Below the pieces are notes generated by a model, which ran no database searches, was not told where the DNA came from, and worked only from the letters and a program-made list of their open reading frames with translations. Position numbers and translations under genes: made by a program. This document shows positions 57,620 to 64,000 of a stretch of 64,000 bases of DNA, piece after piece (the first letter of the stretch is position 1; each line of letters opens with the position of its first letter). The stretch is from contig CAVXGK010000002.1 of NCBI GenBank assembly GCA_963761305.1, positions 1,216,001-1,280,000 of the forward strand, in the 5' to 3' direction. The stretch is from an uncultured Gemmatimonadaceae bacterium (lineage in GTDB: Bacteria; Gemmatimonadota; Gemmatimonadetes; Gemmatimonadales; Gemmatimonadaceae).

Positions 57620-58299
57620 GCGGGTCTCGCTCCGAAGAGAATCGTTCCCAAGCGGACGTGCGTCGCGCCCTCTTCGACAGCTACTTCGAAGTCGTTCGAC
57701 ATGCCCATCGACAAGACATTCGCGTCGTGGCCGGCCGCCCGAAGCTGATCGCGCGCACTTCTCGCCCCGGAGAAGACGCGGCGAAGGGTCGATTCGTCAG
57801 CATCGAGCGGCGCCATGGTCATGACGCCGCGCACCCGGATTCCTTTCAGTGTCGACAGGTGCTCGGCTTCGGTCGTAAGCCCGGCGAGTGCAAACCCGCC
57901 CTTGGTTTCTTCGCCCACCACGTTCACCTGCACCAACGCGTCGACCGGCCGGGGCTGCTCGCGGCCGAGCTCGTTCACCGCGTCGGCGAGACGCGCGCTA
58001 TCGAGGGCGTGCAAGAGTTCGAAGCGCGGCAGGTATTTCACCTTGTTGCGCTGAAGGTGTCCAATCAGGTGCCACCGAACCGGCACTGAAATGAGATCCA
58101 TCTTCGGAAGGGCTTCCTGCACTCGGTTCTCGCCGACGTCAGCGAGCCCCGCATCCCAAGCCGACTGTACGGCATCGGGTCCGTGCGTCTTGGTTACTGC
58201 GACGATCGTAACCTGCTGACCGTGACCACCGCGTCGCGTTGCCGCCTCGATTCGGTCTCGGACTTCGCGCAGCCGGTCCGGGAGATCTGGAAACGGCAT
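57616..58299 (-). CDS. yggS: PLP homeostasis protein YggS/PROSC
   Basis: [29 protein letters not shown] and RLGT. Confidence 0.95.
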   Translation of the reverse strand: MPFPDLPDRLREVRDRIEAATRRGGHGQQVTIVAVTKTHGPDAVQSAWDAGLADVGENRVQEALPKMDLISVPVRWHLIGHLQRNKVKYLPRFELLHALDSARLADAVNELGREQPRPVDALVQVNVVGEETKGGFALAGLTTEAEHLSTLKGIRVRGVMTMAPLDADESTLRRVFSGARSARDQLRAAGHDANVLSMGMSNDFEVAVEEGATHVRLGTILFGARPA

Positions 58300-58310
58300 A
58301 ACGCACCAAG

Positions 58311-60278
58311 CTACCGTAGGTTACAGAGCGAATCAAGTGAAGCGCTCGGCGGCGCACCGGCCCCTTCGAGATAGCGCGAGGGACATGACAGCAGCCGCAG
58401 GAAGTAGTCGTGGATGGAGTCCGGCTCGTCTTTCGACGTCCGTCCGTGCTGCCACGCGTCGATCGAGCGCGCCACTTTCTCGAGCGCAGCCGTGTCGAGC
58501 GAGAGCTCCATGCGTGCGGCTGAGTCGGCCGGCGACGGCCCGCCGGGCTCGGCGATGGCCACCATCCCGACGACGAGCCAGCGACCGGCCAACGAGCGGC
58601 GCTCCGCGGGTTCGAGCGTGTTGGCCGCCGCGACCGGACGGTTCAGCCGGCGAGCGTCGTCGGCCACGCGCTCGGCGGCCGCAGCCGGTTCGGACGCGAT
58701 GGCCCCGTTGCCGAGCCCGTGGCGCCGACGAAGCTCGTCGAGATACCACGGGGCGCCGAGCAGCGGCAGCGTCACGACCGTCACGTCGCGGCGCTCGCCA
58801 TCGACCTGCTGGGCGAACCACAGCGGATAGGTGTCGTTGTCGCCTTCGACGAAAAGCACGGCATCGCGCGGAAGCGGGTCGAGAAGCTGGCGCGCCGTTT
58901 CCCGGGCGAGGCTCGCGTTGGGCTCCGATCGGCGGTTGACGACATTCCAGTTGAGCAGGATCGGCAGCGCCGCGATCGCGACGCCGAGCCATGCGCGACC
59001 GGTGCGTTGCGCGAGCGCCACCGCGCCCATGCCGGCCCAGATGCCCCACGCCCAGAAGCCGAGCGTGAAGAAGTAGTCGCGATCCCGCGCTTCGTGCGCG
59101 GCGTCGTCGGGAACGAACGACCAGCCGAACGAGCGGCCGGCGCGGAGATTCAGATACGCGATCACGCCGATCGAACCGCAGGTGAAAAGCAGCAGCACCG
59201 CGGTCCACGTGCGACGATCGCGCCGCCGGTGCCACACCGCGCCGGCAACTGCGAGGCCGCCGAACAGGCTCGTCGCCAACACGCGCCACGCATTGGGCAC
59301 GACGTCGGGGTCGAGCGTAAGCGCCCATTGCCAGTCGGCGTACTCGAACCAGTTCGCGAGCTGCAGCCAGATCGGCGCGCGGCGAGGCCACAGTCCGGCG
59401 ACGTCGTACTGCCGGCGCGCGACGACGTACGCGAGCTGGCTCAGCGTCCGTGGGTTCGCCTGGTTGATGGCCGGATCGAATCGCGCCCGGATGATCAGAA
59501 ACGCCGTCGCCGAGAGGGCGACGCCGACGATCGCCAAGGCGCCGACGACGAGCCGCGTTCTCGCGACGCCTGCCGCGTTTTCGCGCGGCGTAACGCGACC
59601 GACGGCCCCGAGCAGCACCAGCAAGAAACCCGCACCGATGACCCACGCCGACATTCGCCCCACGCCGGCCGTCACGACGCTCACACCCGACAGCACGAGC
59701 GCCGTTCGCCGGTCGAACTCGCCGCTGGGTCGCGCCGACGCGAGCCATACCGCCACCGGAGCCGCGACGAGCGCGCTGAGGTGCAGTGGCACCGCGAGAG
59801 CGATGAGGTAAGCGGTGAGGATCGTGTATCGTCGTTCCCCAGTACGCCCGGCGCGATCCGCCGCGACGATGAGTGCAACGGACAGCAGCAGCGACGCGGC
59901 GTAGACCTCGGTTTCGGTCGCGTTCTGCCACACGGTGGACGTCGCGCCGGCGGCGACCCCCGCGGCGAGGCCCATGATCGGTTCGCCCGTCGCGCGCGAA
60001 ATCCAGAGCGCGCTGAGTCCGACCGCCGCCGCGGTACACGCGCCCGAAAAGAGGTTCGTCGCCGTGGCGAACGGGAGGAACCCCAGCACGTGCGCCCACG
60101 CGCTGAGCAGCGCGATGAACAGCGGTGTGCCGGGCGGGTGTGGAATGCCGAGCGTCTTCGCGGCGGCGATGAATTCGCCCGCATCCCAGAACGTGACGCT
60201 CGGCGCGAGCGTCGCGACGTAGACGACGGCGAGCGAACCGGCGGCGAGGAGCGCCGCGCGAGGCGCCGTGAGCGTCAC
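58311..60278 (-). CDS. DUF2723 / TMEM260-like GT-C membrane protein
   Basis: TLAPSVTFWDAGEF, HPPG, TEVY, GDNDTYPLW and multiple TM segments. Confidence 0.85.
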   Translation of the reverse strand: MTLTAPRAALLAAGSLAVVYVATLAPSVTFWDAGEFIAAAKTLGIPHPPGTPLFIALLSAWAHVLGFLPFATATNLFSGACTAAAVGLSALWISRATGEPIMGLAAGVAAGATSTVWQNATETEVYAASLLLSVALIVAADRAGRTGERRYTILTAYLIALAVPLHLSALVAAPVAVWLASARPSGEFDRRTALVLSGVSVVTAGVGRMSAWVIGAGFLLVLLGAVGRVTPRENAAGVARTRLVVGALAIVGVALSATAFLIIRARFDPAINQANPRTLSQLAYVVARRQYDVAGLWPRRAPIWLQLANWFEYADWQWALTLDPDVVPNAWRVLATSLFGGLAVAGAVWHRRRDRRTWTAVLLLFTCGSIGVIAYLNLRAGRSFGWSFVPDDAAHEARDRDYFFTLGFWAWGIWAGMGAVALAQRTGRAWLGVAIAALPILLNWNVVNRRSEPNASLARETARQLLDPLPRDAVLFVEGDNDTYPLWFAQQVDGERRDVTVVTLPLLGAPWYLDELRRRHGLGNGAIASEPAAAAERVADDARRLNRPVAAANTLEPAERRSLAGRWLVVGMVAIAEPGGPSPADSAARMELSLDTAALEKVARSIDAWQHGRTSKDEPDSIHDYFLRLLSCPSRYLEGAGAPPSASLDSLCNLR

Positions 60279-60297
60279 GTCATGCCGTCACGCGCCG

Positions 60298-61104
60298 TCA
60301 TGATGGGACGGCGACTCCAGCTTCGAGTGCGACGTCGCGCAACGCGCGGCCCGCCACCAAATCGCGCACCTGCGCCGGTGTGAATTCGCGCCAGAGCCGT
60401 CCGCCGGACGCCACGGCGATCGCGGCCGTTTGCTCGGAGACGACGAACACCAACGCGTCGGTCTCCTCGGTGAGACCGAGTGCCGCGCGGTGGCGCGTGC
60501 CCAACGAGCGATCGATCATCGACGCCTGCGACAGCGGGAGGATGCACGCCGCCCCGACGATCGTGTCGCCGCGAATGATCACCGCACCGTCGTGCAACGG
60601 AGAGTGCGGCGTGAAGATCGTCGCCAGCAGGTCGGCCGACACCTTGGCCTGCATCTCAGATCCCGAATGCACGTATTCGTCGAGCGACACCTCGCGCTCG
60701 ATGGCGATGATCGCGCCGACGCCCTTTCGGCTCAGCCGTTCGACGGCCTCCGACACGCGGTCGCCGACCTCCGCTTCTTTCATCCGGCCGAAGACCCGCG
60801 AGAACAAGCGCGTCCGCCCGAGCTGGGCGAGCGCGGCGCGAATCTCCGGCGCGAACACCACGAGCAACGCGATGACGCCGTATCCCGAGACGACCGTCAA
60901 CAAATAGATGATCACCGTGAGCTGCAGCATGTAAGCGACGCCGTAGCTCACGACGAGCAGCAGCAGCCCGACGAGCACCTGCAACGCGCGCGTGCGGTGC
61001 ACGAGCAGCAGCACGCGATAAATCACGAACGCGACGATGACGATCTGCAGAAAGTCGCGCCAACCGGGGTGGAGCAAGCGAAACTGCTCGAACAGGCTCA
61101 CCAT
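60298..61104 (-). CDS. cdaA: Diadenylate cyclase CdaA/DacA (3 TM plus DAC domain)
   Basis: Three N-terminal TMs, PLHDGA, GTRHRAA and VVSE. Confidence 0.93.
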   Translation of the reverse strand: MVSLFEQFRLLHPGWRDFLQIVIVAFVIYRVLLLVHRTRALQVLVGLLLLVVSYGVAYMLQLTVIIYLLTVVSGYGVIALLVVFAPEIRAALAQLGRTRLFSRVFGRMKEAEVGDRVSEAVERLSRKGVGAIIAIEREVSLDEYVHSGSEMQAKVSADLLATIFTPHSPLHDGAVIIRGDTIVGAACILPLSQASMIDRSLGTRHRAALGLTEETDALVFVVSEQTAAIAVASGGRLWREFTPAQVRDLVAGRALRDVALEAGVAVPS

Positions 61105-62024
61105 GCGGCGTTCCCCGCTGCGCCGCGCATGATTGCCCACGCGACGTCCAACGCGTCGCGCGACGGCTTCACGTCGTGCACGCGAAAGAGACGCGCGCCG
61201 CGCTCCAGCGCCGCCACGTTGGCCCCGACAGTGCCGCCGACTCGCTCCGCCGGAACAGCGACACCGGTGATGTCGCCGATGAATCGCTTTCGCGACGCTC
61301 CCACGAGCACCGGATAGCCCAACTCCACCAGGCGCGGCAGCTCCGACAACGCCGCGATCGACACCGCGCTTCGTTTGGAGAATCCGATGCCGGGATCGAG
61401 CACGATCCGGTCGGCCGCGACGCCGACGTGCAGCGCGATGCCGGCGGCCGCGCGCAGTTCCGCGATGACTTCACCCACGGGGTCGTCGCCGTACGTGGCG
61501 TGGGCGTACGTCGCCATGCTGGCAACGTCGCCACGCGCGTGCGTCAGGACAACCCCCGCGCCCGACGACGCGCATACCCGCGCCATCGCGTCGTCGAGCC
61601 GGAACGCCGACACGTCGTTCACGATCGACGCCCCGGCCTCGAGCGACGCATAGGCAACCGCGGCCTTGGTCGTGTCCACCGAGATGGGAATGGCCGGGTG
61701 GTCGCGCCGCACCGCCGCTATGACCGGCACCACGCGGCGCTGCTCCTCGTCCGCGTCGACCGCCTGAGCCCCCTGCGGCCGCGTCGATTCGCCGCCGACA
61801 TCGATGACGTCGGCGCCCTCGGCCACCAAGCGATCGACGTGACGCCGCGCGTCGTCTACCGTGACGAGACGCCCGCCGTCGCTGAAACTGTCGGGCGTGA
61901 CGTTCACGATGCCGACAATACGCGGACGGTCGAGCGTGAGCGCGCCGGTCGCGTGTCGCCACGCCGCGGCGGCCGCCCCGCTGTCAGCGCTCTGGTTGCC
62001 CAAGGTTGCCCGCGGCTCGTTCAT
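61098..62024 (-). CDS. folP: Dihydropteroate synthase
   Basis: NVTPDSFSDGG, DVGGESTRP, SVDT, NDVSA, DPGIGF, SRK and RVHDV. Confidence 0.96.
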   Translation of the reverse strand: MNEPRATLGNQSADSGAAAAAWRHATGALTLDRPRIVGIVNVTPDSFSDGGRLVTVDDARRHVDRLVAEGADVIDVGGESTRPQGAQAVDADEEQRRVVPVIAAVRRDHPAIPISVDTTKAAVAYASLEAGASIVNDVSAFRLDDAMARVCASSGAGVVLTHARGDVASMATYAHATYGDDPVGEVIAELRAAAGIALHVGVAADRIVLDPGIGFSKRSAVSIAALSELPRLVELGYPVLVGASRKRFIGDITGVAVPAERVGGTVGANVAALERGARLFRVHDVKPSRDALDVAWAIMRGAAGNAAW

Positions 62025-62041
62025 CGTTCTTGGCCAAAGTG

Positions 62042-62072
62042 AAAACGGGAGTCTCTGGTGAGACTCCCGTTT
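62042..62072 (-). terminator. Hairpin or terminator after ftsH
   Basis: Perfect 13-bp stem AAACGGGAGTCTC-tggt-GAGACTCCCGTTT, with a short U4 tail on the minus strand. Confidence 0.7.
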
Positions 62073-62093
62073 GTCGTGTCCGATCCGATCGCC

Positions 62094-64000
<1,907 letters not shown>

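Overview
A GC-rich bacterial chromosomal segment. Gemmatimonadota is my best guess from gene content and style; it is not verified. Almost all genes are on the minus strand. In transcription order (right to left): ftsH (5' end truncated), folP, cdaA, DUF2723, yggS, divIVA, purine nucleoside phosphorylase, ileS, a dksA-like gene, two tandem lspA genes and rluD. These run directly into an ~18 kb chemosensory/polarity block: cheW-cheY-cheA-cheC, a large TPR protein, DUF4388, TPR-roadblock, roadblock, mglB, mglA, a protein of two tandem DnaA-type AAA+ modules with no DNA-binding domain, a DUF4388/MshEN/TPR protein, cheR-cheD-cheB-cheW-cheW, TPR and a HExxH peptidase. No chemoreceptor gene is in the window. 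Next come a small membrane protein, tRNA-Val(TAC), a secreted TPR protein, a 21-bp satellite with 169-bp higher-order structure and a structured ~205-nt leader. Then the dcw cluster (rsmH to ftsZ, no mraZ), a vWA membrane protein, ftsY and recG. The left end holds asnS, alr and deoB, with mazG, a secreted protein and an orphan histidine kinase plus lipoprotein on the plus strand. The best candidate for an undescribed system is the Che-MglAB-tandem-DnaA module. A second candidate is a set of mini-ORFs that bridge stop and start codons across intergenic gaps, including a 4-link chain between ftsY and recG. I found no CRISPR array, integrase or transposase. All calls come from motif recognition by eye; no database searches were run.
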